A stretch of DNA of 61,066 nucleotides. Source: Elusimicrobiota bacterium (lineage in GTDB: Bacteria; Elusimicrobiota; Elusimicrobia; Elusimicrobiales; UBA9959). The notes under the pieces were generated by a model. It made no database searches and was not told where the DNA came from. It saw only the letters and a program-made list of their open reading frames with translations. The position numbers and the translations under genes are program-made. Of the stretch, positions 1-9,121 are shown piece by piece. Position 1 is the first letter of the stretch; every line of letters begins with the position of its first letter. Where the stretch lies: assembly GCA_027340875.1 (NCBI GenBank), contig DAIENX010000104.1:1-61066 (forward strand). Reading direction: 5' to 3'.

Positions 1-576
1 GGCTTCCTGAAGGCCGCCTACGAGCTCTGCAGGGCCAACCGCGTGCTGTTCGTCGCCGACGAGATACAGACCGGCTTCGGCCGCACCGGCCGCAAGTTCG
101 CCTGCGACTACGAGGGCGTCAGGCCCGACATGATAACGATGGGCAAGGCCCTCGGGGGCGGCGTGCTGCCGATCTCCGCGGTCGTCTCCTCGAAAGAGGT
201 GCTCGGCGTCTTCAACCCCGGCGACCACGGCAGCACCTTCGGCGGCAACCCGCTGGCCTGCGCGGTGGCCCGCGAGGCCCTGAAGGTCCTGACGGAGGAG
301 AAGCTGGTGGAGAACTCCAGCGAGACGGGTGAATACTTCATGGGCCTGCTCCGCACCATAAAGGGCAAGCATATCAAGGAAGTCCGCGGGAAAGGGCTGC
401 TGATCGGAGTGGAACTCGACTGCAAGGCCAGGCCCTACTGCGAGGAGCTGATGGGGCTGGGACTGCTCTGCAAAGAGACCCATGACCACGTGATACGTTT
501 CGCGCCGCCGCTCGTGATCACGCGCAAGGAGATAGACTGGGCCTTCCGCCGCATAAAGAAGGTGCTCAGGAAATAG
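1..576 (+). CDS. rocD: Ornithine aminotransferase (class III PLP aminotransferase), 5'-truncated by window edge
   Basis: [15 protein letters not shown] lysine in [36 protein letters not shown]; frame is open from base 1. Confidence 0.88.
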   Translation, partial: GFLKAAYELCRANRVLFVADEIQTGFGRTGRKFACDYEGVRPDMITMGKALGGGVLPISAVVSSKEVLGVFNPGDHGSTFGGNPLACAVAREALKVLTEEKLVENSSETGEYFMGLLRTIKGKHIKEVRGKGLLIGVELDCKARPYCEELMGLGLLCKETHDHVIRFAPPLVITRKEIDWAFRRIKKVLRK

Positions 577-586
577 CCAGCAGCGG

Positions 587-612
587 CAGGCCGGCGCAGC
601 TGCGCCGGCCTG
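587..612. repeat. Perfect 26-bp palindrome between rocD and murB
   Basis: caggccggcgcag|ctgcgccggcctg equals its own reverse complement. Confidence 0.8.
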
Positions 613-625
613 AACGCTTTTCAGG

Positions 626-1546
626 ATGCCGGATTTTTCCCAGCTGAAAGACAGGTTCGGTGACTGGTGCCTTTTCGGGGCGCCGGCCGCCGGCTTTACC
701 ACGTACCGCGCCGGAGGTCCCGCCGAGGTGCTGGTGAAGCCGGGGGGGCCGGACGAGCTTATCTGGCTTTCGGACTGGTGCCGCGCCGTCTCCGTCCCCC
801 TGCATGTACTGGGAAGGGGTTCCAACGTGCTCGTCAGCGACAGGGGGCTCCCCGGAGTTACCGTCCTCTCGGAGCGGCTGGCCGGCATAAGGCTGGAAGG
901 CAGGGTGCTGGAGGCCCAGGCGGGGGCTTCCTGGGACGAAGTGGCCCGCATCTCCGCTGGGGCCGGCCTGGCCGGGCTGGAAAAGACCTCCGGCATCCCA
1001 GGCTCCGTAGGCGGCGCCCTGCGCATGAACGCCGGCGCTTTCGGCCAGGAAGCGTTCGACCGTCTTTCCTCGGTGGAAGTTTTCCGGCCGGGCGCCGTCC
1101 CTTTCTCGCTGCGGAAGGCCGATATAGCCCACGGCTACCGCTCGGCCCCCGGCCTCGAAGGCCATATCATCCTGTCGGCGCGCTTCGAGTTCCCGGAGGG
1201 CGACCCCGCGGCGCTCGCGGCGGACAGGGACTGCGTGCTCGCCTCGCGCGCGGCGAAGCAGCCGCTCGACCTGCCTTCCGCCGGCAGCGTGTTCAAGCGC
1301 CCGCAGGGGGATTACGCCTCTCGCCTGATAGACGCCGCCGGCCTCAAGGGCCGCCGCGTAGGAGGCGCCGAGGTCTCCTCCAAGCACGCCGGATTCATCG
1401 TCAACGCCGGCGGCGCCACGGCTTCCGATATCTATGCCCTGATCTGCGAGGTCAGGGCCGCGGTCAGGGAAAAGACCGGTGTTGAGCTTGAGCTGGAACA
1501 GATACTGCTCGGCGAATTCCGACGAGGTCCCGGAGGGGTAGAATGA
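626..1546 (+). CDS. murB: UDP-N-acetylenolpyruvoylglucosamine reductase
   Basis: LGRGSNVLV, GIPGSVGGALRMNAGAFG, QPLDLPSAGSVFKRP, VSSKHAGFIVN, C-terminal LELE. Confidence 0.95.
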   Translation: MPDFSQLKDRFGDWCLFGAPAAGFTTYRAGGPAEVLVKPGGPDELIWLSDWCRAVSVPLHVLGRGSNVLVSDRGLPGVTVLSERLAGIRLEGRVLEAQAGASWDEVARISAGAGLAGLEKTSGIPGSVGGALRMNAGAFGQEAFDRLSSVEVFRPGAVPFSLRKADIAHGYRSAPGLEGHIILSARFEFPEGDPAALAADRDCVLASRAAKQPLDLPSAGSVFKRPQGDYASRLIDAAGLKGRRVGGAEVSSKHAGFIVNAGGATASDIYALICEVRAAVREKTGVELELEQILLGEFRRGPGGVE

Positions 1547-4500
1547 AGAGCATCTTTCTCGCGCTGCTGCTGCCCTGCTGCGCATCCGCCGCCGCTCTTG
1601 AGAAGGCGGACCAGCTGTTCGCCAAGAGATCCTACCAGGAGGCACTGGCGGCCTACTCTCCGCTCATGAAGAAGGGCGGGGAGGAGGGGCTGCGGGCGCT
1701 CTACCGCTGCGTCGAGTGCGACGGCCTTCTCTTCAGGTACGGAGAGGCAGCCCAGTTGCTGTACGGCATCAAGATGCCCTCGGACCTGCTCTGGCAGGGC
1801 AGGCTGCTGCTGCTGCGCGCCGAGGCCGGCCGCAGGTTCCTGGCGCAGTACGGCTATTCGCTGCCGGCGGACGAGGAGAAGGGCGCCTCGGACGTTACCA
1901 AGCTGACAGGGAAGCAGTGGCGGCGAGCGATCTCCGGGGATTATGATTCCCTCTGGTACCTGCGCCGGGAGCTGCTGAAGCACCGGCTGGAAGGCCAGGA
2001 CTATTTCGTGGACCTGAAGGGGGCCGAGCTCTCCTATACCCCCACTTTCTGGTATTTCGCCGTGCTGCGCTGGACCGGCTACCTGCTGGACGAGTCGGAA
2101 GAAGGGGGGAAGCTGCCGGACGCCGCATCCTTCGTGGACCCGTCCTACCGCAAGGACTACAAGAAAACGGCACCGGCTGCGGCCAAGGCGGCGGCCCTCT
2201 TCGAGGACGCCGCCGGCATCAGCTCCGCGGCGATGGATTTCGCGCGTGAGTACTGGAAGCTGGAGAGGCTGAACATCCCGTTCGCCTATCCCGGCCGCGT
2301 GGCGGCGTACGACGCGGCGGCTCTGCGCGCGAAAGCCCTCAAAACCCTGCGCGCCTGGGGCGATTCCTTCAAGACCCGGCAGGGGAAGGCCTGGGCGCTG
2401 TACCGCGCGGCGCTCCTCGAGTCGGACAACTCCGATTTCGAGGAGGTCGTAAGCCTCTGCAAGCGCGTGGAGTCGCTTTCGCCCGGCTCCAAGCCGGCGG
2501 CCTCGTGCGCCGGCATGAGGGCGGAGATAGAGGTCCCGCGGCTGGAGCTCTCGGCCGTTTCCAGGCCGCCTCCCGGGGACGGCGCTATCTCCGTCAACGC
2601 GCGCAATATCCCGCAGGTCTCTTTCCGCGCCTACCGGACCACCCCTTCCGGGCTGCGCGGCCTGTCCGGCAAGGACGGCGACGCACTGCAGAAGCTGCGC
2701 TACCTCCCTCCGGATCCCTTGAGGACGTTGCTGGCCCGCAAGCCGGACCTGGAATGGAGCCAGACCGTCACCTATCCCGGCAAGTACCGTTACGCGGACC
2801 AGCGCGTGGACACTCCTCCGTTCGAGAAGGGGCTGTACGTCGTCATCGCTTCCGGGGACGGGGAGTTCGATGACGGCTCTTCCCTGATAAAGGCCGCCAT
2901 CCTCAACATAACCGACGTGTTCCTGCTCGGCACCACCGGCTTCGGCGGGGACCCGGAGAATTTCCTGTTCGATCCGGCCGCTCCGGGGCGCGGCGTCGCC
3001 GCGGACGCCCTGCGCCTCTACGCCGTGAACGCTCTAGACGGCAAAGCGCTGGCCGGGGCCAGGATAGACGCGGCGTTCTCGCGCACCGGAGTTCCGGGCT
3101 GGCAGGTCCGGGAGCTCGCCACCGGAGATGACGGCGCCGCCGCTTTCTCCGATACCTTCCGGATCGAGGCAAGCCGGTACGATTATCTTTCGGTGGACCC
3201 TCTGCTCAGCTACGGCGGGGCATATGCCTACTGGGGCTCGCAGGCCGGCTCCTACCTGAACGTCCCTCCGCCGGTAGCGGTATTCGCCGAGACGGACCGA
3301 CCGGCGTACCGTCCCGGGCAGGAGGTGAAGTTCAAGGCCACGGCCCTGCTCCGGCTGCCCGGCGGCTACAAGACCTACGACGGTAAGGCCAGGCTGAACG
3401 TGACGGCGCGCGACGCCAACTGGCAGGAACTTTATTCCGCGGACCTTCCTATCACGGGCCTGGGCAGCGCGGCGGGCGCTTTCAAGGTCCCCGAAGGGCG
3501 CCTGCTCGGGAGCTACACGCTGACCGCCACCATAACCGACTTCGGACGCAGCTACTCCGGCTCCGTCAATTTCCAGGTGGAGGAATACAAGAGACCGGAG
3601 TTCGAAGTGACGTTGGCCGCCCCGGATAAGCCTTACCGCTACGGCCAGAAGGCCTCGGTGGGCGGCGAGGCGCGCTACTATTTCGGCTCTCCGGTGCCGG
3701 GGGCCGTGGTGAAGTACCGCGTCAAGCGCTCCCGCTACATACCTTCCTACTGCTGGTACTGGCGCTGGGCCTACGGCGGCGGCGCCGAATCCGAAGTGGC
3801 TTCCGGCCAGACCGTGACCGCGAACGACGGCAAATTCTCGTTCAGCTTCACCCCTGAGCCGGAGAGCGAGGCCTACGGGGGCTACCCGTCCTCTTACCGG
3901 GTGGAGGCCGAGGCGATGGACGCCGGCGGCAGGACGATAACCGCCTCGCGCGAATACAGGGCGGGCTCCAAGGCCTATCTCTTCGACGTGGCCCCGCAGG
4001 CCGGCTTTTTCACTCCGGACTCGCAGGCGGCCGTGGACGTGCGCCTGCTGGACCTGAACGACTCGCAGCAGGCGGCCGACGCCGAGTACCAGCTGTACAG
4101 GCTGGAAGGCGAGCCGGCGCAGCCGGATGCCGGCCGCTGGAGCTATCTGGGAAGGAATCCCTCGCTGGAGCAGGCCTTCAGCGCGGTCCCCGACGGCCCG
4201 CAGGCCGCCAAAGGCAGGGCGAACCTGGCCGCCAAGGGCGTCTCGACGGTCCCGCTGGGAAGGCTTCAGCCCGGAGCTTACCGGCTGAAGCTCAGCGTCA
4301 AGGACCCCTGGGGCGGCCGCTCCGAGTCCTCGGTCGTACTGGTCTCCGCCTCGCTGGAAGCCGGCCGGAACGAGCCGCTGCATCTGCCGCCCGTCACCAT
4401 GTTCGAGCGCGATTCCTACCAGCCGGGGGAGACGGCCAGGGTGCTGATCGGCGGGTCCAAGGTGCGGGGGGCCAAGTTCGCCGAGGTGCTGGCCGGGAAC

Positions 4501-7485
4501 TTCGTGCTTTCCCGCGCCACGGTAAAGGAGGGCGGTCTCTCCGTCTTCCGGCTCAAGGTGGACGCGGCCCACCGCGGAGGTTTCGGCCTCCGCTGGCTCG
4601 GCGCCGGGGACTTCCGCGTCTATTCCGGGATGGCGGACGCGCAGGTCCCGTTCTCCAACAAGAACGTCTCCCTCTCGCTGGACTACGACAAGGTGATGCT
4701 GCCGGGCCAGAAGGTCTCCTGGACGCTCCGGGCGCGGGACTCCGCCGGCCGGGCCGTCACCGGCGAGGCCAGGGTCAAGGTCTTCGACCGTTCGCTGGAG
4801 TATTATGCCGGCGACGGCGGGGCCTGGACTGACCAGCTCTACGCGCGGCGCTACTCCTCCGGAGAGGCCATGGGCTCGCTTTTCAGCCCGCAGGTGACGG
4901 ACCTGCCGGTGCGCAAGGGGATCGTAAGGCGGATGCTCGACGCTTTCCGGGCCGCCGCCCGCGAGCAGAAGCTGGCTTCCCTGAGGATAGCCTCCTCGCA
5001 GATCTACGGGGGCAGGGGCGGGATGGCCTATGCCAAGAGCCTGGCCTTCGACGGGGGCGGCGCTCTCGGCGCGGTGCGCGGCGAGATAGCGGATGCCGAC
5101 GGGCTGGCGCCGGAGGCGCAGTCGAATTCCATGGGGATGAAGCGGAAAGCCGCCCCGGCCCAGGCGCCGGGCGAGGCCGCCGCTCCGCCGCGGGAGCCCG
5201 CGGATGGCGCGGTGAAGGTCCGCTCGGATTTCTCCGAAACGGCCTATTATGAGCCGCAGCTGAAGGTGACAAAGGGAAAAGGCGATTTCTCCTTCTCGAT
5301 ACCGGAAAGGCTGACGTCCTGGAAGATCGGGTCGTACCTGATAACCCGGGACGTCAAACGCGGGGCTTTCTCCGCCGAGGCCGTAACGCGCAAGGACCTG
5401 ATGGTCAGGCTGGACATCCCGCGTTTCTTCCGGGAAGGCGACCGCTCCAGGCTCGCCGCGCTCGTTACCAACGATACCGGGGGCACCCTGGCCGGAGAGG
5501 TGTCCATCCTGGTGACCCGCGACGGAGAGGATGCCGGCGGGGATTTCGGGATCAGGACGCCGTCGAAGGCATTCAGCGTGAAGGCCGGCGGCACCGAGGC
5601 CGTATACTGGGAGATGGCCGCGCCGCGCGGCACCAGCGCCTACAAGGTGCGGGCCGTGGCCCGCGCCGGCCGCCTGGCAGACGCCCAGGAGAACGACCTG
5701 CCGGTACTGCCTTCACGCGAGCGCCTGATCGCCTCGCAGGTGGCCGCGCTGGACGGCGATTCCTCGAAGACCTTCTCGCTGCCCGAGCTGATTGAGCCCG
5801 ACCCTACGCGCCTGACGGAGTCCGTCCACCTCGAGGTGCAGCCGCAGCTGATCCTCACGGTCCTCAACAGCCTGCCTTTCCTGGTGCATTATCCCTACGA
5901 GTGCACCGAGCAGCTGCTCAACCGCTACGTGCCGCTGGCCATAACCAACAGCTTCTACGACAAGTACCCGCGCCTCCGCGAGGCGGCCGCGAAGCTGCCC
6001 CGCCGCACCACGCTCACCCCGGAGTGGGACAGGGACGACCCCGCGCGACTGATGGCGCTGATGGAGACGCCGTGGGAGACGGAATCCCGCGGCCGCAAGG
6101 CCTACTGGCCCGTGACGGACATGCTGGACCCGGCGAAAGTGTCCGCCGAGAAGAGCGAGGCGTTCGAGAAGCTGAAGTCCTACCAGCTCTCCGACGGTTC
6201 CTTCCCGTGGTTCCCGGGAGGGAGGTCCAGCCTCTACATGACGCTGTACCTGCTGGAGGGGCTGGCGGAGGCCGCGCGCTACGGCGTGGACATCCCGGCG
6301 GAGATGGCGAAGCGGGCCCTCTCCTGGACCCTTTCCGAGATCCCAGGGCACATGAAGCCTACGCCGGAGGAGACCTCCGCCGCGCTTTACGCGGCCTACG
6401 TCGTCACGTCGTTCCCCGCGGACTGGGCCGAGAGCGCGACGGCCAGGAACTACGCCAAAGCCTGGGTGGATTACGCCGACCGGCATTCGTCCGCCATGAC
6501 CCCGCTGGGCAAGGCCTACGCCGCCTACGTCTACCTGCGGCTGGGGCAGAAGCAGAAGGCCGGCGCTTACCTGGACGGGGCGATGCAGGGCGCGCGTTCC
6601 GACGATATCTCCGGGGTGTACTGGGCCCCCGAGAAGATCTCCTGGCTCTGGTACAACGACACCGTGGAGAAGCACGCGTTCATACTGCGCACGCTGCTGG
6701 CCGTGCGCCCGAAGGACGCCCGGATACCCGGCATGGTGCGCTGGCTGCTCTTCAACCGCAAGAACAACGAGTGGAAGTCCACCAAGGCTTCCGCCGCGGC
6801 CATATACTCGCTGCTGGACGTGATGAAGACGAGGGGCGCGCTGGACAACGGGGATATCTTCACCGTGACCATGGGCTCGACCACCGAGAAGGTGGACCTG
6901 AAGCCGTTCGACTGGGTGGCGACGCCGCTGCGCTGGTCCAAGTACGGCGCCGAGATAGCCAGCGGCGACCTGACCCCGTCGGTAAAGAAGAAAGGGCCCG
7001 GCCTCGCCTTCGCCTCTTTCACGGGGATCTACACCACCGACAGGCAGGCGAAGGAATCCCCGGACGGGATGATGAACGTCTCGCGCCGGTATTTCCTCCG
7101 CCAGAAGGAGGGCTCCGACTACTCCCTGAAGCCGCTTTCGGACGGGGACGCGGTACGGGTCGGGGACGAAGTGGAGGTGCACCTGACCGTCAGGACGCGT
7201 TCCCAGTTCGAATACGTGCATATAAAGGACCCGAAGGCGGCCGGTTTCGAGGCCGAGCAGCTTACCAGCGGCTGGAAGTGGGAGCAGCTGGCCCGTTACG
7301 AGGAGCCAAGGGACTCGCTCACCAACTTCTTCGTCGAGTGGCTGCCGCACGGCGAGTACGTGCTGAAGTACCGGCTGCGGCCGACGGCGCCCGGCACCTT
7401 CAAGGCCGGAGCGGCGGTGATACAGTCGATGTACGCGCCGGAGTTCGCGGCGCATTCGGCCGGGTTTACCTTGAACGTGAAGTAG
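1543..7485 (+). CDS. Bacterial alpha-2-macroglobulin family protein
   Basis: Signal peptide; ETDRPAYRPGQ (MG2), FQVEEYKRPEF, VRSDFSETAY, PRFFREGD, thioester motif YPYECTEQ, C-terminal SMYAPEF; ATGA overlap with murB stop. Confidence 0.93.
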   Translation: MKSIFLALLLPCCASAAALEKADQLFAKRSYQEALAAYSPLMKKGGEEGLRALYRCVECDGLLFRYGEAAQLLYGIKMPSDLLWQGRLLLLRAEAGRRFLAQYGYSLPADEEKGASDVTKLTGKQWRRAISGDYDSLWYLRRELLKHRLEGQDYFVDLKGAELSYTPTFWYFAVLRWTGYLLDESEEGGKLPDAASFVDPSYRKDYKKTAPAAAKAAALFEDAAGISSAAMDFAREYWKLERLNIPFAYPGRVAAYDAAALRAKALKTLRAWGDSFKTRQGKAWALYRAALLESDNSDFEEVVSLCKRVESLSPGSKPAASCAGMRAEIEVPRLELSAVSRPPPGDGAISVNARNIPQVSFRAYRTTPSGLRGLSGKDGDALQKLRYLPPDPLRTLLARKPDLEWSQTVTYPGKYRYADQRVDTPPFEKGLYVVIASGDGEFDDGSSLIKAAILNITDVFLLGTTGFGGDPENFLFDPAAPGRGVAADALRLYAVNALDGKALAGARIDAAFSRTGVPGWQVRELATGDDGAAAFSDTFRIEASRYDYLSVDPLLSYGGAYAYWGSQAGSYLNVPPPVAVFAETDRPAYRPGQEVKFKATALLRLPGGYKTYDGKARLNVTARDANWQELYSADLPITGLGSAAGAFKVPEGRLLGSYTLTATITDFGRSYSGSVNFQVEEYKRPEFEVTLAAPDKPYRYGQKASVGGEARYYFGSPVPGAVVKYRVKRSRYIPSYCWYWRWAYGGGAESEVASGQTVTANDGKFSFSFTPEPESEAYGGYPSSYRVEAEAMDAGGRTITASREYRAGSKAYLFDVAPQAGFFTPDSQAAVDVRLLDLNDSQQAADAEYQLYRLEGEPAQPDAGRWSYLGRNPSLEQAFSAVPDGPQAAKGRANLAAKGVSTVPLGRLQPGAYRLKLSVKDPWGGRSESSVVLVSASLEAGRNEPLHLPPVTMFERDSYQPGETARVLIGGSKVRGAKFAEVLAGNFVLSRATVKEGGLSVFRLKVDAAHRGGFGLRWLGAGDFRVYSGMADAQVPFSNKNVSLSLDYDKVMLPGQKVSWTLRARDSAGRAVTGEARVKVFDRSLEYYAGDGGAWTDQLYARRYSSGEAMGSLFSPQVTDLPVRKGIVRRMLDAFRAAAREQKLASLRIASSQIYGGRGGMAYAKSLAFDGGGALGAVRGEIADADGLAPEAQSNSMGMKRKAAPAQAPGEAAAPPREPADGAVKVRSDFSETAYYEPQLKVTKGKGDFSFSIPERLTSWKIGSYLITRDVKRGAFSAEAVTRKDLMVRLDIPRFFREGDRSRLAALVTNDTGGTLAGEVSILVTRDGEDAGGDFGIRTPSKAFSVKAGGTEAVYWEMAAPRGTSAYKVRAVARAGRLADAQENDLPVLPSRERLIASQVAALDGDSSKTFSLPELIEPDPTRLTESVHLEVQPQLILTVLNSLPFLVHYPYECTEQLLNRYVPLAITNSFYDKYPRLREAAAKLPRRTTLTPEWDRDDPARLMALMETPWETESRGRKAYWPVTDMLDPAKVSAEKSEAFEKLKSYQLSDGSFPWFPGGRSSLYMTLYLLEGLAEAARYGVDIPAEMAKRALSWTLSEIPGHMKPTPEETSAALYAAYVVTSFPADWAESATARNYAKAWVDYADRHSSAMTPLGKAYAAYVYLRLGQKQKAGAYLDGAMQGARSDDISGVYWAPEKISWLWYNDTVEKHAFILRTLLAVRPKDARIPGMVRWLLFNRKNNEWKSTKASAAAIYSLLDVMKTRGALDNGDIFTVTMGSTTEKVDLKPFDWVATPLRWSKYGAEIASGDLTPSVKKKGPGLAFASFTGIYTTDRQAKESPDGMMNVSRRYFLRQKEGSDYSLKPLSDGDAVRVGDEVEVHLTVRTRSQFEYVHIKDPKAAGFEAEQLTSGWKWEQLARYEEPRDSLTNFFVEWLPHGEYVLKYRLRPTAPGTFKAGAAVIQSMYAPEFAAHSAGFTLNVK

Positions 7486-7496
7486 CGTGGTCGGCG

Positions 7497-7691
7497 GATC
7501 CTGTCAGGTCCGGCGCGAGCGATTTTAGGGCGCAGGGCCCGTGCGGCCGGAGCGGACGGCCTATCATTAAGGCCGCGGCAAAGAATGTTTGAGCGAAGCA
7601 CTGTGTGCTGAGCGAGTTCTTTGCCGGCGAAGGCCCAAGGGCCCTTTTCTGCCGCGCCCGCTTATGAGCGAACGATGGACCTGACAGGATC
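7497..7691. repeat. 195-bp intergenic element bounded by perfect 15-bp inverted repeats with nested internal stems (MITE/REP-like or structured RNA)
   Basis: gatcctgtcaggtcc (7497-7511) pairs with ggacctgacaggatc (7677-7691); cggcaaagaa (7576-7585) pairs with ttctttgccg (7617-7626). Confidence 0.7.
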
Positions 7692-7711
7692 ATGTGATGA
7701 ATCTCGCGAGG

Positions 7712-8032
7712 TTAAAAGCGGCGGAAGGTGAAGGAGTGTTTTGCGCCGGAACCGAGCAGCTTGAACAGCAGGTAGAAGGCGAAGGCGCCGGCCAGCATCA
7801 GCGGGATGCCCAGCAGGGCGCCTATCACGGTAGAGGTGAGCAGCGCCCCGGTCAGCAGCAGCGCGGCCCCAGCCAGCCCCAGTACCGCCGCTAGCGTCCC
7901 TTTGAGGCGCTCCAGCAGTCCAGGGGGGGAGGGAGGAGGTCCGGCAGGACGCTCCGGCCTCGGACCGGCCCCGGGGCCGAGCAGCTCCGGCTCGATGACC
8001 TCCTCGGAAACGGTAACGCGTCTGTCGTACAT
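7712..8032 (-). CDS. Small membrane protein with Pro-rich linker and two hydrophobic segments
   Basis: 106 aa ORF with hydrophobic hairpin ...STVIGALLGIPLMLAG...; TGGTAGAAT -10 element just upstream. Confidence 0.7.
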   Translation of the reverse strand: MYDRRVTVSEEVIEPELLGPGAGPRPERPAGPPPSPPGLLERLKGTLAAVLGLAGAALLLTGALLTSTVIGALLGIPLMLAGAFAFYLLFKLLGSGAKHSFTFRRF

Positions 8033-8038
8033 GTCTAA

Positions 8039-8047
8039 ATTCTACCA
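8039..8047 (-). promoter_or_regulatory. Extended -10 (TGgTAGAAT) 6 nt upstream of the ATG at 8032
   Basis: Minus strand reads tggtagaat-ttagac-ATG. Confidence 0.55.
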
Positions 8048-8080
8048 AAACGGCGCAATATTTTCGTCATAACCCGTTTA

Positions 8081-8086
8081 TATAAT
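8081..8086 (+). promoter_or_regulatory. TATAAT -10 element for the 8126-12737 operon
   Basis: Perfect TATAAT in AT-rich divergent spacer; GGAG SD before 8126. Confidence 0.5.
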
Positions 8087-8125
8087 ATATACGTCTCGGC
8101 CGAGAGCCGTCAATGGAGACTAACG

Positions 8126-9118
8126 ATGCTTAAAAGAGCCTTTATCCTGGCCGCGGCCCTGGCTGCGGCCTTCACCTTCGGGGAGCCGTGTCGGGCGGAG
8201 GAGCAGCCGGCCAACGCGCTTCTGGTGGTCCCCTCAGGTACCGCCTTCAACAAGGGCTTCCAGGATTTCCTGGACAAGAACGGAGCCAAACTGCTGCATT
8301 CCTACCCGCCCAGCGTGTTCATCGGCTACATCCCGCAGACGCTGGACGAGCGCCTCAGGTCAAAGTTCGGCGCCGAGGTCTACCGCGACAAGGTGGACGA
8401 CTGGAGCTCGTTCGCCTCGTACGGAGAGAACGCCGTTTTCGCGGTCAACACCTGGAACAAGCGCTTCGTGGAGGATCCCCCGGAGGCTCCGCTGGTGGTG
8501 AGCGCCAGGGTGCAGAAGGTCGGCCGCAGGGGGGACGGCATAAAACTGGTCTGGAACGACGTTATGAAGGCCGCTTCCTACCGTCTGCAGATCAGCAGCG
8601 ACCCGGGGTTCGGCTCGGTAGAGCTGGAGACCATTGTGGCGCGCAACCGTTTCGATATACAGCCGTCCTTCCTCGCCGACGGCATCTATTACTGGAGAGT
8701 CGCGGGCATCATGAAACTCAATACCGGGGAGACCTCGGAGGGGGCCTTTTCTAACGCTTATTCCTTCGCCGTCTCCAGGCCCTCCTCCGCCAAGGGCCCG
8801 CGCCCCGCGGCGCCGGCCATAGAGAAGAAGATCAACGTCAAGGGCCGCCCTCTCAGCTGGCCCAATCCCTCGGCCGCCCGGTTCTACCGCATGCAGCTTT
8901 CCGACAAGCCGGATTTCGCTTCGCCGCTGCTGGACGTCTTCACGGACACCTGCGCCTACAAGACCTCCGGCCTGCCGCTGGAGAAAGGGCGCAAGTACTA
9001 CATGCGCGTGATGGGCTCCGACGGCTCGGCGGCCGGAGACTGGTCGCAGACCTCCGAAGTGGTCATCGAGCGGCCAGGCCCCGTAAGCAACGACGCGCGC
9101 CGCCGCGAACGGAAATAA
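8126..9118 (+). CDS. Secreted protein with propeptide-like N-terminal domain and two FN3-like domains
   Basis: Signal peptide; repeated W...YRLQISSDPGF...YYWRV and W...YRMQLSDKPDF...YYMRV FN3-like patterns. Confidence 0.75.
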   Translation: MLKRAFILAAALAAAFTFGEPCRAEEQPANALLVVPSGTAFNKGFQDFLDKNGAKLLHSYPPSVFIGYIPQTLDERLRSKFGAEVYRDKVDDWSSFASYGENAVFAVNTWNKRFVEDPPEAPLVVSARVQKVGRRGDGIKLVWNDVMKAASYRLQISSDPGFGSVELETIVARNRFDIQPSFLADGIYYWRVAGIMKLNTGETSEGAFSNAYSFAVSRPSSAKGPRPAAPAIEKKINVKGRPLSWPNPSAARFYRMQLSDKPDFASPLLDVFTDTCAYKTSGLPLEKGRKYYMRVMGSDGSAAGDWSQTSEVVIERPGPVSNDARRRERK

Positions 9119-9121
9119 TAG

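Noticed and set aside
7501..7520. tcaggtccgg resembling SRP RNA helix 8
   Set aside because: The required following GNRA loop and AGCAG are absent; the sequence is one arm of the 15-bp inverted repeat.
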